From assembly GCF_037975245.1 (NCBI RefSeq), contig NC_092564.1, forward strand, positions 11,359,891-11,423,890: a DNA stretch of 64,000 nucleotides, written 5' to 3'. Made by a program: the position numbers and the translations under genes. This document shows, piece by piece, positions 24,364-38,310 of the stretch. Positions within the stretch are counted from its first letter, which is position 1, and every line of letters starts with the position of its first letter. The stretch is from Apostichopus japonicus (lineage: Eukaryota). The notes under the pieces were generated by a model, which had not been told where the DNA came from, searched no databases, and saw nothing but the letters and a program-made list of their open reading frames with translations.

Positions 24364-26134
24364 GTTCTACCTAGCTGTACCGCTTAAAATTGGTCACAGG
24401 GGTTCTACTCGTAATGCGTAAGGTTGACATGTAATATACATTTTGAATAGTCGAATGAGAACTTTTATTTCAAGATACGTGTGTTCCTTGTACGCTTTCT
24501 GCCGTGCAAGACATTATTTTCGTAATAGAGATATTTTGTTCTATTGAAAGTCAATTTATACGTTCCCCCTATCAGCGTAATGGTACTACTCAAAGCTTCA
24601 TTTACATGGACTTTTTTAGGGGGATGTCAATTTCTGTATCAAGCGCAAGATAATATTATCAACATTTACTAATTTAATAGTTATACCAAGTGTGACAATT
24701 TTAATGTTCCTTTGATACTCTTTTGTACTCTTCCAGTTGAACCATTTTTGTAACATTGACATAAATTGCAGACCCTTTACAATAATATTTTAGTAACAGC
24801 AACTTCCTTGAGAAATGATGGTCTGCCGTCGCTGGCCAAAGGATTTGCACCAACGAAGTCTTCAGATTTGAGTACAGCATTTCTGTATATGTTGCCGTGT
24901 TTGACGAATCTAACCGTAATAATTATTACCGACTTTGCGATCCGCGCTTTATAGACATTGCCGACTTTGCAATCCGAGATGGCCTTCACTAGTTTACAAG
25001 GAAACCAAAAAAAAAAGGCGCTATTTGTTCTAGAAAACAGATTGTTTTCACCAGAGGCGATGAACAGTACTTGTACCTTGCTTTTATATATTATTGGATT
25101 ATTATAGCCATTGGATAATTTCTATTGAGAAAATTCAGTTGAAACAATATACTCGTAGCTATAACACTGGTACAGACATGGTGTACCAAATAAAATTAAA
25201 AATGCAAACAAGCGTACACTTGGCAATATTTAATTAAAGATATCTTAAGACTCTTCTTGATTCATTATTCTACAAACATATTTATTTACATTCCATCCTG
25301 CACTGGATAGAAAACACGTAATATTCAAATATTGTTCTTTTTAACACCTTGTCTAAGGCGAGGATGAATTATTTCTCAACTTTTCAAGTCACTTGATCAT
25401 GGTAAAGTAATAATGATTTTGGCAATGAAGCAGGCAAGTTTTTTTTTTATATTGAATTAATTAAAAACAACAGAAACATTAAAATTCCATAATTTGGGGC
25501 ACTATACAACGCTATTAACAACCTTTTCAGAGAATCGCTTCAGGTCTATTTTCCTCATGATTTCGTTCTGCGTTAACTCATTGCCAACTCATTTCGTTTC
25601 CTGTGTGCAAAACCTCTGATGTTTAATTCAGATCACTAAGATTGATGATTTTCAATCAGATTTATATTATCTTCATTCTCTTATAATCTTGCTAGAATAT
25701 TTGATTTACGTCTTCTCTGTTCATAGATTTATATCTGAATGGTAAATAGTCTATCGTCGTCTGCAGCTTCAGCAGACGGGACATCTACGATCTACGGCGA
25801 CGTGCGCGATTCTCGCTGCTCTGAGTATTATACTCACTTCCTCTGTAGGCTCTGTGTTTAAATAAACACGCAACAGTCGAAGACGAGAAAAGAGAGCAAA
25901 CAGTCAGTAGGGACAAATATAATGCATGCAGCGTATTGGAGCTTGTTTCCTCGCATCATGCAGTGATTGTGCTCCCCCCCACTCCTTCCTTTGTATAATT
26001 TAACCACCACCTCACATATAGAAACGTGAAGTTACAGGACGCGAATATAGTGCCCATTATTGAAAGTTGTGGTTGCCCCCAATTCAATTCCTGTCTACGG
26101 ACCAGTATATAGGCTATACCTTTGGTGCATACCG

Positions 26135-26135
<1 letters not shown>

Positions 26136-26204
<69 letters not shown>
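26136..26204. repeat. (TA)n microsatellite, left flank of hairpin element copy 2
   Basis: Direct read of the sequence. Confidence 0.95.
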
Positions 26205-26208
<4 letters not shown>

Positions 26209-26418
26209 TAGGTTGGCGTCTATCTTGGCGCAGAGTGCTCTATGTCCATTGGACAGAGCGTAATATATGATGAGACTAGTGGAACACTAGTAGTTGTTAC
26301 TCGGAGTTTCACGCGTTATAGCGATCTTCAGACAACTGTTGTCTGAAGATCGCTATAACGCGTGAAACTCCGAGTAACAACTACTAGTGTTCCACTAGTC
26401 TAATCCAGTAGTATCAAC

Positions 26419-26420
<2 letters not shown>
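26205..26420. mobile_element. Small hairpin/palindromic element, copy 2 (full ~70-bp perfect arms) flanked on both sides by long (TA)n
   Basis: Same 56-bp head, then a perfect palindrome centred at about 26338: '...actagtggaacactagtagttgttactcggagtttcacgcgttatagcgatcttcagacaac|tgttgtctgaagatcgctataacgcgtgaaactccgagtaacaactactagtgttccactagt...'. Confidence 0.75.

Positions 26421-26506
<86 letters not shown>
26421..26506. repeat. (AT)n microsatellite, right flank of hairpin element copy 2
   Basis: Direct read of the sequence. Confidence 0.95.
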
Positions 26507-26512
<6 letters not shown>

Positions 26513-27408
26513 GCTTATAGCTGTATAGGGAATTACAAAAGTTCACCTATAATTTATATTACAAAGTCTATGCCGTTCTTGGTTCAATTTACCTATTTTC
26601 GAAAGCAATATATTCTACACATAAATGGACCTGGGTGAGTTTGCTCGCTCAGGGGTCGCATTTCAAAGTTACAGTACATGTTAATTAATATTACCAAGTG
26701 AATTTACCGTATGTAATATTTTTAAGCGCTACATTTTGCTTGCCACTGGAATATCCCTTTAAAGTTCATCATAAGCTCTGGTTCTTTCGGGGAAAATACG
26801 ACTTACGATTAATATGCATCATAGTCTTGACGTCATCACAATAATATCGATCACCCACACCATTCTGACAGCCTGACAGATTTACAAAGTGATACCAAAC
26901 TCATAACCAACAACTCATAACTTTTCATTAAGCCATGCTATCTGGATAAGGAATTTCAACATCTATGTAAGAATTTCGCAGCATATTTTCAGTTCTCAAC
27001 GATTCAATGGATTTGAGAAACGCATATGCCAACTGACAGCTAGGCGCGTTGCTGCTGGGTTCTGAGTGAAAATAAAATGTGATCAAGAAAAAACATTAGT
27101 AAATCGATAGAAATCATCCCTGGGCATCTAATGAAAGGTCTATGTGTAACCTTGAGATAACTATTAGATACAATTAGCATAGTAACTGTAAGTTTGGCGA
27201 GGTTAAAATAAAAAAGAAGTATTTTGGTCACGTCTTAGACGAATATTCATTTGAATGGAAGAGACCATTGTAGACTTTATACCGTAGGCCTGTATATCGG
27301 TAAGTTACGTATAGACTTACCACAGATACAGTAAAATCAGAATTGTCTTCTATATGCCGATGAATAGATCATATCAAGTAGTATTAATTGTTATTATGTT
27401 GTAACAGC

Positions 27409-27796
27409 CAGTGGCGGACTGGCCACACGGGCAATGCCCGGTGGGCCGGGGAGCCTGGTAAAAATTACAGCCCATTTTCACAGTAGTTAATAGAGTTTTA
27501 AACATATTTTTTTTACGTTTTAACTTTCCTCATTTTAATCAAGTGTTGCTTCTGGAAAATTATTTTTGGGTCATTTTTATAGGATTATTGTAACCTACAA
27601 AATTGAGAAATATAGCATCATATTTTGCATCTAGGCATTCCTTAACTTCAAAAAAAAAACCAATGGGGAAGGAGACACCCTTCCCCTTAGACACCTCCCC
27701 AGGACGGCGATCACTTTATAAGTAGCATATCAATGAATAATGGGCCGGTCTAGGTGGAAAATGCCCGGGCCGGTTTTAAGACCCAGTCCGCCCCTG
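27409..27796. mobile_element. hAT-like MITE, related family (388 bp), TIR 'cagtggcggactgg'/'caggggcggactgg', perfect 8-bp TSD 'gtaacagc'
   Basis: The TSD lies at 27401-27408 and 27797-27804. The interior contains the 'ggaaggagacacccttcccc' hairpin. Its terminus shares 'CAGTGGCG' with the 22019 family. Confidence 0.72.
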
Positions 27797-28029
27797 GTAA
27801 CAGCCCTGTGGGGTGATCATTGACTGAATATTTGAAAACAACAAACAGATGGAAACCCACGCCACGGCAACCACGTGCACCGACGCTGATTATCGGAGAG
27901 ACAATCAGCCAGTGAAACTCGGTGTAGTATACACATGGACGTCCTCAGTGGAAGATGCATGTGATGAACCCCCCCCCCCCCACCCTTCCGAACAACAAAC
28001 AGTTGCGCCCTCGTTAAAAATATCAATTC

Positions 28030-28540
28030 ATACAGATACCTACCACTGGCGGATCCAGGGCCTTTATTTGGGAGGGGTCAAAGTGGCATTAGAGTGATAT
28101 GGGGGAGGGGTCTAAGGGGAGGGGGTTTCTATTGCTGAATGCCCTCAGATGCAATTTGGTGCGACAAAAGTGTACAATGGTGATGTTAATTTACTTCTAA
28201 AAAAAATGTTTCCCAGGTGTAATTTTCTAAAATATTTATAAAACAAAGTTGGGATCATCTTTCTCAAGAAATTTTATTTCTCATAGGTTATAAATTTCTT
28301 ACAACCAGCCTGTAACTGCAAAATGGTGTTAAACTGTAAATCCTCATTCTCATACATTTACATAGCTCCCAACTCTTGGGAAGGCAAATGCTGGTCCACG
28401 CCACGAATCGCCGTCCTGGGGATTGGCATGGGCGGCGATCCTGGGGGGGAAGGGGGATATATCCCCCCATGAAAATGGGTGGAGGGGATGTAATACACCA
28501 TATTCCCCCCACCAAATGCCAAGGATAAGAATTTTTTCAT
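28030..28540. repeat. Cluster of degenerate fragments of the same MITE family (inverted orientation), rich in GGGGAGGGG/CCCCTCCCC hairpins
   Basis: The reverse complement of 28032-28175 aligns to the right half of copy 1 ('caccaaattgcatctgag...cccctcccctta.acccctccccca...ccgccagtgg'). The terminus 'taccactggcggatcc' equals the reverse complement of a 'ggatccgccagtgg' TIR. 'ggatcgccgcccatg' is shared with 29355. Confidence 0.5.
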
Positions 28541-29230
28541 GCCTTCATTTATGCATCATCGTGAATGTACGGCTCTTTTTAGCTTCATTTCTCGCCTACC
28601 ATAAACGCAGTGCGATCTTTTCAAATAAACCGTCTTTATAAAGCAAGAATAATTGACTGTAGGCTTCATTGGCCCTATAACAACAAAATGTATTATTGCG
28701 CCCACCGTATTGATATAGTACATATATGCACCCTCATAGTATTCATATAGGCCCTATAGTAGGCCTACACACGAACATGTTCCCTCGAACAGCTGAGAAT
28801 CTCATGTTACCAGGGTAATGCTTAATACACGTTTCACCTGGATGCCCTAGCAATCGGTACCTAGGAATGTAACTATGTGTAAGTTGTGTATTGCATGTGT
28901 ATAGGCCTATAATAGCCTGCATGATACCATTTTCTTCATTGAATAATATAAAAGAGCTCTCGAACATTCTAACGTAGCGCCTGAAACAAGATTGACAGGG
29001 GCAATTTTCCCAAAATAACACCCGAAATTAAAAAAAAAAAAGTATTTTGGATCCTGATTTTGAGATATTTCGGACATGATATCCCTATTTTCTTTCTTCA
29101 GGGAGTCTTCCACATTGTTAAGCTTTTAAGCTTTATGGAAGACTTCCCTCCACTTTGTACTTTTGTGGCAAACAAATAAATAAAAAAAATAAAAAAAGTT
29201 GGGTATTATATATGCCGCTTGGAAACCTCG

Positions 29231-29325
29231 GCAAGTGCCGTTTCCGGCCATCTAGAGGGTTTGTAAATCCCAAAATTTTCTTGTACGCTTCGCGCCAACA
29301 CATGGTGGCGCTACGCTTAGATAGT
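29231..29325 (+). repeat. ~95-bp dispersed repeat, copy E (followed by MITE-family GC-hairpin fragment 29340-29420)
   Basis: 'gcaagtgccgtttccggccatctagagggtttgtaaatcccaaaattttcttgtacgcttcgcgccaacacatggtggcgctacgcttagatagt'. Confidence 0.7.
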
Positions 29326-32300
29326 CAACAAGGTCATATCCCCCCACTCGGAAGTTCGGATCGCCGCCCATGGGGAGTGGTATAAGGGGAGAGGGAGGGG
29401 GTGTTCCCCTCCCCTTTTGATTTTTTTTGGAATCCTGGTGATGCCTACATGTAAAATAGTGGCACTTAGAAAGGCTTTGGTCACCCAAAATCTTCTGAGA
29501 AATATGCATTTTTTTTGTGTGTAACATCAATAAATTGAATAGTAGGGTGATAATTCATTCTTTCCCGTGGCATGAAAATGTTCGCTGCTCGCCCCAATGA
29601 AAAGAATTATAGGCTAATTTGAGGTTCAAATGATGCTGTAAAGGAGGTTTTATACTCTATTATGCTAAATGCTAAAGAAATGATGGTTGCTAGGTCAAAA
29701 TTTGATGCAAATTTTTTAATGTATACTTGACAATTACAATGCGGTTTTTTCCGACGCTTGTGCCGGTCAGCGGGTTTGGGTGTTAGAATGCGGGTCTAAA
29801 AATTTTTATCACTCACTTATAAGGCGCTTCACGGATCTGCACCATCTTATCTGAAGGACCTTCTTAAACCACGATCAGTGAGCTACTCCATACGATCTCA
29901 TGACAGTTTGATTTTAACTACCCCCCGTACTCGCTGCAAGTCCCTTGGTGACCGATCTTTTTGTGTCTATGCCCCCAAATTGTGGAATGCACTCCCATTT
30001 TCTATTCGCAATTCAAGTACTGTAAGTTCATTTAAATCCAGTCTTAAGACTCATTTTCACACGTGTATATAATTAATCTAGTTTTACTCATTTTCACACG
30101 TGTATATAATTAATCTAGTTTTACTTATTATCTCATTCTTTTTGTATTTATCTCTTACTATTGTTTTATCCTATTTATCACAGAGTGGCATGGTATATAC
30201 TGACTTCGTTGTCTCCATCGTTATTGGATTTGTTTAGTCTTTTAGGGTTATCTGTTTTTAAGATTGTTACCTCTTTCTTATGATTAACTTGGTTTCTTAA
30301 TTTTCTTTAAGTTTTTTACCTTTACTCTTTTAAGTTTGTACAGCGCCATAGCTTTTGTTTTTACATATATATGTGCGCTTTAGAAATGTTTAAATAATAA
30401 TAATAATAAATAGTCTACCACTGCTATTCCTTTCGATTTTTTTAGTTTCCAATCATATGATTTAGCGGATGTTCGGAAACACTTTTTGGCTCACCTTTGG
30501 GGGGGGGGCATGGCCCCCCTTGGCCCCGCCAGTGATACCTACCTGTATATGGAAAGCTTAATGTTAAACTAATGGTTATTCGTTAAAATACAACCCAGCT
30601 ATATCGACCGATACGGTGATGGTTAATCGGTTCAGTTTTGACGGTTAACAGTCTTTGCTTATAGTGTGGTGTGCGGAGCGAGGAATTAGGCAGCGTTAAT
30701 AAATGCACTTAAGGTTTCAAATGCAAACAGACAATCGACGAGAACTGAGGACTAATGAAATGTACTGTTGATCAGAATTTTATTATAAGATTTGTTAAGG
30801 AAACCTCCTTAACTTTTACACATAGATAACAAATAAGACAACAATAAGATGGAACAGGTTTATCGGAGACATCAAATGGTGCTTTTAATACTATAGTCTT
30901 ATAAGACTCTTAATTATAATTTTTATAAACTTGGCGTTATTTATATCATGACAGAAAAAGAAACGAAGAGCTGTTTATTATTTACTACACTATACCAGCA
31001 GGCTGTCACACTGTTGTGGCCTACAGCCAATCACAGTCCAGGCTGTCACACTGTTGTGACCTACATCCAATCAGGGTCACAAGTTCAAATGAACACATCG
31101 CGCACTTTTGATTGACAGGCTCTTCTGTTTGGTTATATTGCTAATGTTTACTATGATGCATTGTTTATAACATAATGAACAATAAATGAACATTTTATAC
31201 TTCAAAAAGCAAGTTATAAACATCTGAAGAAAAACTAACATTGTCAATAACTCTGTTCAATGATAAATAGGATGTGAATGTGAAGAATAAAAAAAATCTG
31301 GAGAAACTCTATGAATCTCACTTTATCGAATACCACGAGCCCGCCCCCCCCCCCCCAAATGTTTAAAATAATTCAGGTTTTAATTTGATTTCTTTCTTTA
31401 AAGTTGGACAGTTTTTAAACAAATAAATTGGCGATATCACAACATGACACAGACATAAATGATCTGCACTATATCACAAAACTTATAAACAAATTTTAAA
31501 GCAAAATTGGCAAAAAGGTTACCATAACAACAAAGAGGAAAACATAAACAATCAAGAAATGCAAAGAACATGTAATATAAACAATGGAGGCTATTCTAAC
31601 ATTATTTCTACTTAATCATCATCCTCATTAGCTAGAAACAAAATTATCTAGTAGGAAAACCTTGATTCAAGTCTAAAGAATTTGAGAGCTAAGTGCCAAA
31701 AGTAGCTGATCAACTATGTGTGAAAGAAGAAAGAATTATGAGGCTTGATACATTAGCTGAATACATTATTGTTTGAAATCTTCAAAAACCTTATAACATA
31801 TCGCAATATTAAATACATAACACTTCATCTTGACCGACTATGTACTGACAGTAGAGATATACCTAGTAGGAGCAGGAAAGTTTACCCAAAGACCAACACT
31901 GTTCTCAACATTCCTCAAGAAAAACAAAAACATTAAGTTGGCAAGTTTCCTTACATACATTCGTCTGAGTTGGGATCAAATTCGACTGAGGTCAAAATAT
32001 TGACAGCAAATAACATAATCTTGATTTCAAGGAAAAAAAAATTTGGCAAGGAATTGGAGTCTATTTTTGAGATTAAGTGAACTGAAATCAACAAACGGTT
32101 GATTTCTCATTTCTCTGAATCGTCAAATAAGATGTTCTTCGTCAGAATATATATGGTAACATGTGTTAAGACTAAACATGTTGTGGGGGATGTTTACTAA
32201 TGTCATACAAAATCAGAGCTTATCATGTTCTCAGGCTTGAAGAGAGAGTGAGGGAGAGGTCAGATGGGGTGGAAGAGGGTCAGATGGGAGGAAGGGGTCA

Positions 32301-34906
32301 GATGGAGATAAAAATCTGTTGATATAGAGTAATTCGGGGGCCAGGAGAATTAAAGATTAGTGTATTCTCATTTTCAGAATATTATAAAGAAACATGAAGA
32401 GAGCTAAAAGGGGGCCAGTGTACATAATTTCCACTCCCTTTCCCTCCCCCCCTTGGGGGCTCCATCTGGCTCTCAATGCCTCTACCTTCCCTAACAATCT
32501 CTGGATGTAACGTATTTGCACGGAAGAATGACTCTAAGCACTATACCATCTACCAAAAGTACCCTAATTAGCATTGATAACATGCTGTGAAAACTCTCTG
32601 TTTGTTGAGACAGCTAACAAGTGTGATTGTGATGATTTTATCTAAATAAAATACTGAGATTTTGCAATTCAAGTAGTTGAATGACTATAATTTGTCTTAT
32701 AATGGTGGTGAATGGAATCACAAAAGATGACTATAATTATTATAATTCATGCAGAAAAAAAAAGAAAGATATATCATGCTCAGATAATAATGCAACATAC
32801 TGACATTGCACATATGAATATATGTTAATGCATATTAAAGTCAAACATTTCATAAACAAGCAGTATATACCGGTTCGAATACTTTTTTTTTTTAAATAGG
32901 TTTTGGTCTATTGCACTCCTATATTAAGGCTATATATTAGGACTAACAACTTTACTAACAATTGCAAACTTGCACCATTTCACATGGAAACAAATTTGAA
33001 AAAAAAAAAATATGTCGTGGACAGACCTATGATTACTCGTTAACACATGTAAAAGTACCTACTGGACATTTGGAAAATGCAATAACAAATGTTTTGGTAA
33101 TGGCTTCTGGCAAGTATTCTCAAAGCATTCATTATTTTAATGTCCTGATATCTCTTCACATCAAATGTTATACACAAATTCAACCGCAAAAGTAGCTGTA
33201 ACTATGACAACATGTATATTTAGAGTATTCTATTGCACAGTCTGAGAGTACTTCAAATCAGTTCCAGGAATTTCCTGGCGAATACAATTCTATACACTAT
33301 TTATATTAGCATGGTATGAAACTTCATTTTGGGCTATGAAGTTGATTGCACTGAACTTTGTCCTAACAGAGATTGTAATAATCTGTCGTGTGTATAAATA
33401 TAGATGTATATGTTGGTTGAAAAATTAATCAAGAAATAAATATTATATCCACATTTTCATAGTATTTTGTTTTACGTAAACATTAAAGTTTCACTCTGTT
33501 ATATATATATTCAGATTGCACATGAAATTTCTGCCTATTTGCAGTATTTGTGTTAATTAATTTGAATTAAGTCGTATAAGTTAATATGAATGAAAAAGGA
33601 ACCCTCTATGGGACATCTCTTTGTGAGAGTTATATAAAAACAACAAATTTCTAAATTTATTGGAGAATAAGTTTTTTGGTCACAGAATAATTTTACGGAC
33701 AACTTCTGCAAATACATATTTTTGGTGATACTGTGATATCTGACTGCATTGTTGAACATAGTAACATCGTTCAATATGATAGAATAATTAGGCATGCTCT
33801 TTTCTTCTAAACACACCACAATTGCAAAGATGACAATATCAAGCACTTAATTAATCATCTCAAAATGAAATTATAGCAACGAATTTTTCTTTTTTTCTGA
33901 TTGCAATATCTTATGGTGTATTTCTAAAACATTAGGAAGACCAAATTTGGTAACAAAGTTGTAATAATTTTGGAGTGAACAATAAAAAGAGGAACATATA
34001 GAAACTCAATGATAATAATAATAATTTTTTATTTGGCGAAATCAAATAAATTTCTTTTCAACTGAAGTCATATCTGTGCAACACATAAGGAACTTAAAGA
34101 AGCAAATCCTCTTAAATTGAAATGACAGTGATTTTAGACCAAAAACAAAGAAAGAACAATGGAAACAACTTTCAACAAGGGGAAAACTTACAAGATAAAT
34201 GCAGAACGTAGAACCTGCGACGACTATATGTCTAGACTTGTTTTATTTATCAACGGCATGGCGGTGACAGAATGGAGAACCTTTTGTAGAGGGCAGCCTA
34301 CAGTTCTGTCCAATTTTGGTTCGGCCACTACAAAGAGTCCTTTGAGGCGAAACAGGTGTCACCCTATAGATGAAATTCAGAAAAGGAGAAAAGAATTATT
34401 TTACAGAAACTGAGATTTAAGAATTTAAGGGCTGAAGCAAGGCAGAGTTATAGCATGGCTTTAAATCAGACCAAAATCGAAACAGGAAATGGGGCAGTGC
34501 CAGTAATGTTTCTATAGCAATCCTGGGTTTTAAGATTTGAAGGAGGGACTTTTTGGCAGAAGTTTAGTCATGATACATTATAGTCCAAGACAAAACACAA
34601 GGAACCATGTAGTGTTGGTAATGTTTCTACAACTATTCAACAGCGGTTTTCAAGTTGTTAACCTCTTAATTATCCTGATTATCCGGGATGCTCCTTGAAG
34701 GCTAAATCGAAATCAATCGGACGATGACATCAGCTCGTCACAACAAAAAATTAACACGATTTATGGAAACACAAAAAAACACAGGGAGGTATAAGTCAGT
34801 ATACACAAAATGCTAGTTTCTTCAAAAAGATTTTTAAGTTACTCTTATAGGGGACTGCCCTTTCATATGCATGTGTTGTTATTTTCTATGTGATTTTCAG
34901 TTGCAC

Positions 34907-35033
34907 TTACTTTGAAGTATTTTTCGCAGAGTGAGGACTAACAGGGATACTCTCTAACACCGAGCTTAGATTTCTCTTGGCTACGTTAACCTCGTCGGCA
35001 AGATCTTTCTCTGGAGTGGCAGCAGCAGATAAT
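34907..35033 (-). CDS. Candidate terminal exon K of the - strand gene (tentative)
   Basis: Acceptor 'ctctttag|ATTATCTGC'. The only open frame is '(R)LSAAATPEKDLADEVNVAKRNLSSVLESIPVSPHSAKNTSK*', which is exactly the phase required if exon J ends at 38671. No canonical AATAAA lies nearby. Confidence 0.3.
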
Positions 35034-37099
35034 CTAAAGAGAACAAATAAATTTAAATTAAAGACAAAATACCAATAATAACAAACAAAAGCTGGCTACA
35101 AACATCCCACATATTCCCTTCTTCCCAAATCCTTCCATCATTTTAGAACCAAATGCAGTATACAAACTAAATGCAATTATTTTCCAAAGTTCACTGACAA
35201 AGTGTAGTCACAGACTAGTGGTCAGGTGGATAAATACTCATATATACGCATGCCCAGGAGATGACCAAAATTAAAAAACTTTTGACCTTCAGGTGACCAT
35301 CTGTTATATCATAAAATGAGCCACAGGTTTAATCGACCGTGACCTAATAATTAATGCATCGTTAGTCTTTGGTCAGGGTCATTTGGGAGAGAAATTGAAC
35401 TCTCGTGGGATTATTCCACTGTCAAATCCAACAAATACCTTTTTACTTTTATTCGGATATACAGACCAAAATGGTTCGTTTTATCAAATTTTAATTCCTT
35501 TCAGCTTCGTTACATTTATGCCATTAATTTGAACTGGTCTTGACCAATGAAGAATAGCCTGGAGGCTTAAACACACACACACACAAGAAAGAAACAGCTA
35601 AACAGAATGACCAACCGAGAGAGAAATGAACAGCCATGGACATTAGTGAGTTCATCAATGGTAATCCGGCCTTGCTTATTATGAAGGTGCTTTGGACTTT
35701 TTTTCAAAAGAAAATAGTTAGGACATGCAGTACTTTCAACAATAAAGTGTAAAATAACCAAACGTTAGAAAAGGCAATTATGCATATTACTTCACAATGC
35801 CTCTAAATGTAGTCAATTTCCCATTTCCTATCAATTTCCCTGTCAAAAAAAGTCAAGCATTGCAAGAGGGCATGAGTACAGGCCACTTGTTTGATAATAC
35901 AAAGCGCAATTTCTTCATTTCACATCCAGGATATTAATAATTTTCACTCAGTTATTCTGAATACGTAGACCTTGAAATTCACTGAAAATAAATCCATTTA
36001 GGGGACTAACATATCCTTTTTTACCAAGCACATTACAAGCATACAAGGTTTCGTTAAAGAATAGTTGCAAATTTTCCAAGCAATCGTCTTTTTTCGTTGG
36101 AATGTCAGGATATCACATAAATTTTTCACCTTCAGCTGAAGGCAATTTTCCAAAGGAAAAAATCAAAGTGGTGGAAAATGTTTACAGAAAAGGCAGAAAA
36201 ATGGGAACATGAATACTTTTCTTCCACATGTTACAATTAGCATATTCTGAGACAGAAAAGATAGATAGATAAACACAGAAATATCATACAGAGGTATTTC
36301 ACACAGCCCTGCTTAAAGCAGCATTTTGCGTCCTTTTCTATGATTTTTCTCAACCGTACTGACTCCACTATGCCATAACGAGATACATAACTAGCTTATC
36401 TATTTAAGTCTTACTTCAAATTGGGGCATAAAAGTAAAAAATTTGCAACTTTCAACTTTGTTTTTCTCCAAAATATTTTCCGTTGGGATCCCAATAAACC
36501 TCACCCAGAATATGAATATTTAAACACTACGAACGTCATTGACCAACACGTAATGCAACACCATGCTTGATTTGTGTAGTCTATATGGCAGTTGTACAAG
36601 TGAGTTCCATAACAACTCCCTGGTTGTACCAAAGTCTTGGATCTATATTTAGCAACGGCTCATAACTAAACCTGCATCGCTGATTGGTTGAATTCAAACT
36701 AGTGGGTTTGGGGGAACTGTAAGAGATTAATTTTAAAAGTGGAATTTGTCGTGGACACTTTTCTCATTATCTTCAAATATCCTTAATTACGCAGGGAAAA
36801 ACTAATATCTTAGTTTGCTGTTTTGTGATTGTTATATGTAAAAAACTTGATGGACATGTCAAAAAAGTAGAAAATGGCGACCAAACCCAAAATGCTGTTT
36901 TAATAGCTGCTTTCTTTCAGAAAAATCACTGAACAATGTTTGAGCCCTGATCTAGTTTGAATCTAGTATTGAAATGTAATAACCAAGATCACTATGAGGG
37001 AGGAACCTCAACCAATGACAACTTAATTAAAGGGTCACAAAAGTGGTGTCGGTGATTTTTTAACTAAAAACAAGTGGTATGACCACTGACATCTATTTG

Positions 37100-37625
37100 C
37101 TGCTCATTGCCGTTCACTTAATCTGAACCCTGCAATGGTTGTTCACACAAGTAGGGTATTATGAGGGCTATACCTCGGAGGCCAGAGGAGATGAGAGAAG
37201 GCTTTAAGAGGTTACTATGACCAAGTACTTAATTTGAATCCTGCAATGGTTGTTGACACAAGAAGGGTATTATGAGCGCTATGATACCTCCGAGGCCAGA
37301 CGAGATGAGAGAAAGCCTTAAGAGGTTACCAGTCAGAGGTTATTACAATGAACTTACTTAATTTGAATTGCATGGTTGTTCACACAAGAAGGGTATTAGA
37401 ATGGTATTATGATGGCTAAAGATCGGAGGCCAGACGAGATGAGAGAAGGCTTTAAGAGGTTACTATGACCAAGTACTGAACAGAAGAGGTTACTATGACC
37501 AATCTGAACCCTACAATGGTTGTTCACACAAGTAGGGTATTATGAGGGCTATATCTCGGAGGCCAGATGAGATGAGAGAAGACTTAAAGAGGTTACCAGT
37601 CAGAGGTTAGAATGAATCACAGAAT
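37100..37625. repeat. Tandem satellite, ~125-bp unit x ~4.5 ('gaaccctgcaatggttgttcacacaagtagggtattatgagggctata.ctcggaggccaga.gagatgagagaaggctttaagaggttac...')
   Basis: Unit starts fall at about 37120, 37237, 37365 and 37490. It lies downstream of exon J of the - strand gene, intronic only if the tentative exon K is real. Confidence 0.85.
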
Positions 37626-38107
37626 TATGACAAGATTCTCAACATCGAGAGCAAGAAGATGAAGAGAAACGTTTATTGTTATAGGAGAGACTGTGCAATG
37701 GATGGCAGAGTATATTTGGTGGTCACTGTAGGCTATATTGTGTATATGGTGGTCACTGTAGGCTATAGTGTGTCAGAGGTCACTACCACTAATAGTACAG
37801 CCGAGTGTCTTGTGGTCAAACTTCTTTTCACACCATACTATCACCCAAGTAGAACAAATAGTGTATTGATTGTACTTCACTCAAACATTCTTTAGGGTAA
37901 ATAGTCACCAGGGCCCATATGCAATGGGGGTGGGATGGGGGTGCACGCACACTTTTTCGATGGCTCTTGTGCTACAGGAGACATTAACTTTAGCTTTGTC
38001 AATTGTCGCATACGGTTGCAAAATACAGTGAATTCAAGGAAGCAACCTTAATTAAGCAGAAATAGATCCTCCTCATATGACAGTGTTCAATTAAACTTTG
38101 CCAACCT

Positions 38108-38310
38108 TTGGTAAATGCTGCACTAAACCATAGAAAATTCCGCACACATGCCTGTCTGCAACTCTCACAATTTTCCCAACCTTCCGTAAACACACCAGTG
38201 ACACCACTTACCCATAGAAAATCCTGCACACATGCCTACGTGCCACTCTCACAACTTTCCCAACCTTGGGTAAACACACCACTAACCCATAGAAAGTCCT
38301 GCACACTTTA
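38108..38310. repeat. Tandem repeat, ~75-bp unit x ~3 ('acccatagaaaatcctgcacacatgcct.cgtgc.actctcacaa.tttcccaacctt..gtaaacacacca')
   Basis: Direct read. It generates antisense pseudo-ORFs 37999-38229 and 38108-38338. Confidence 0.8.
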
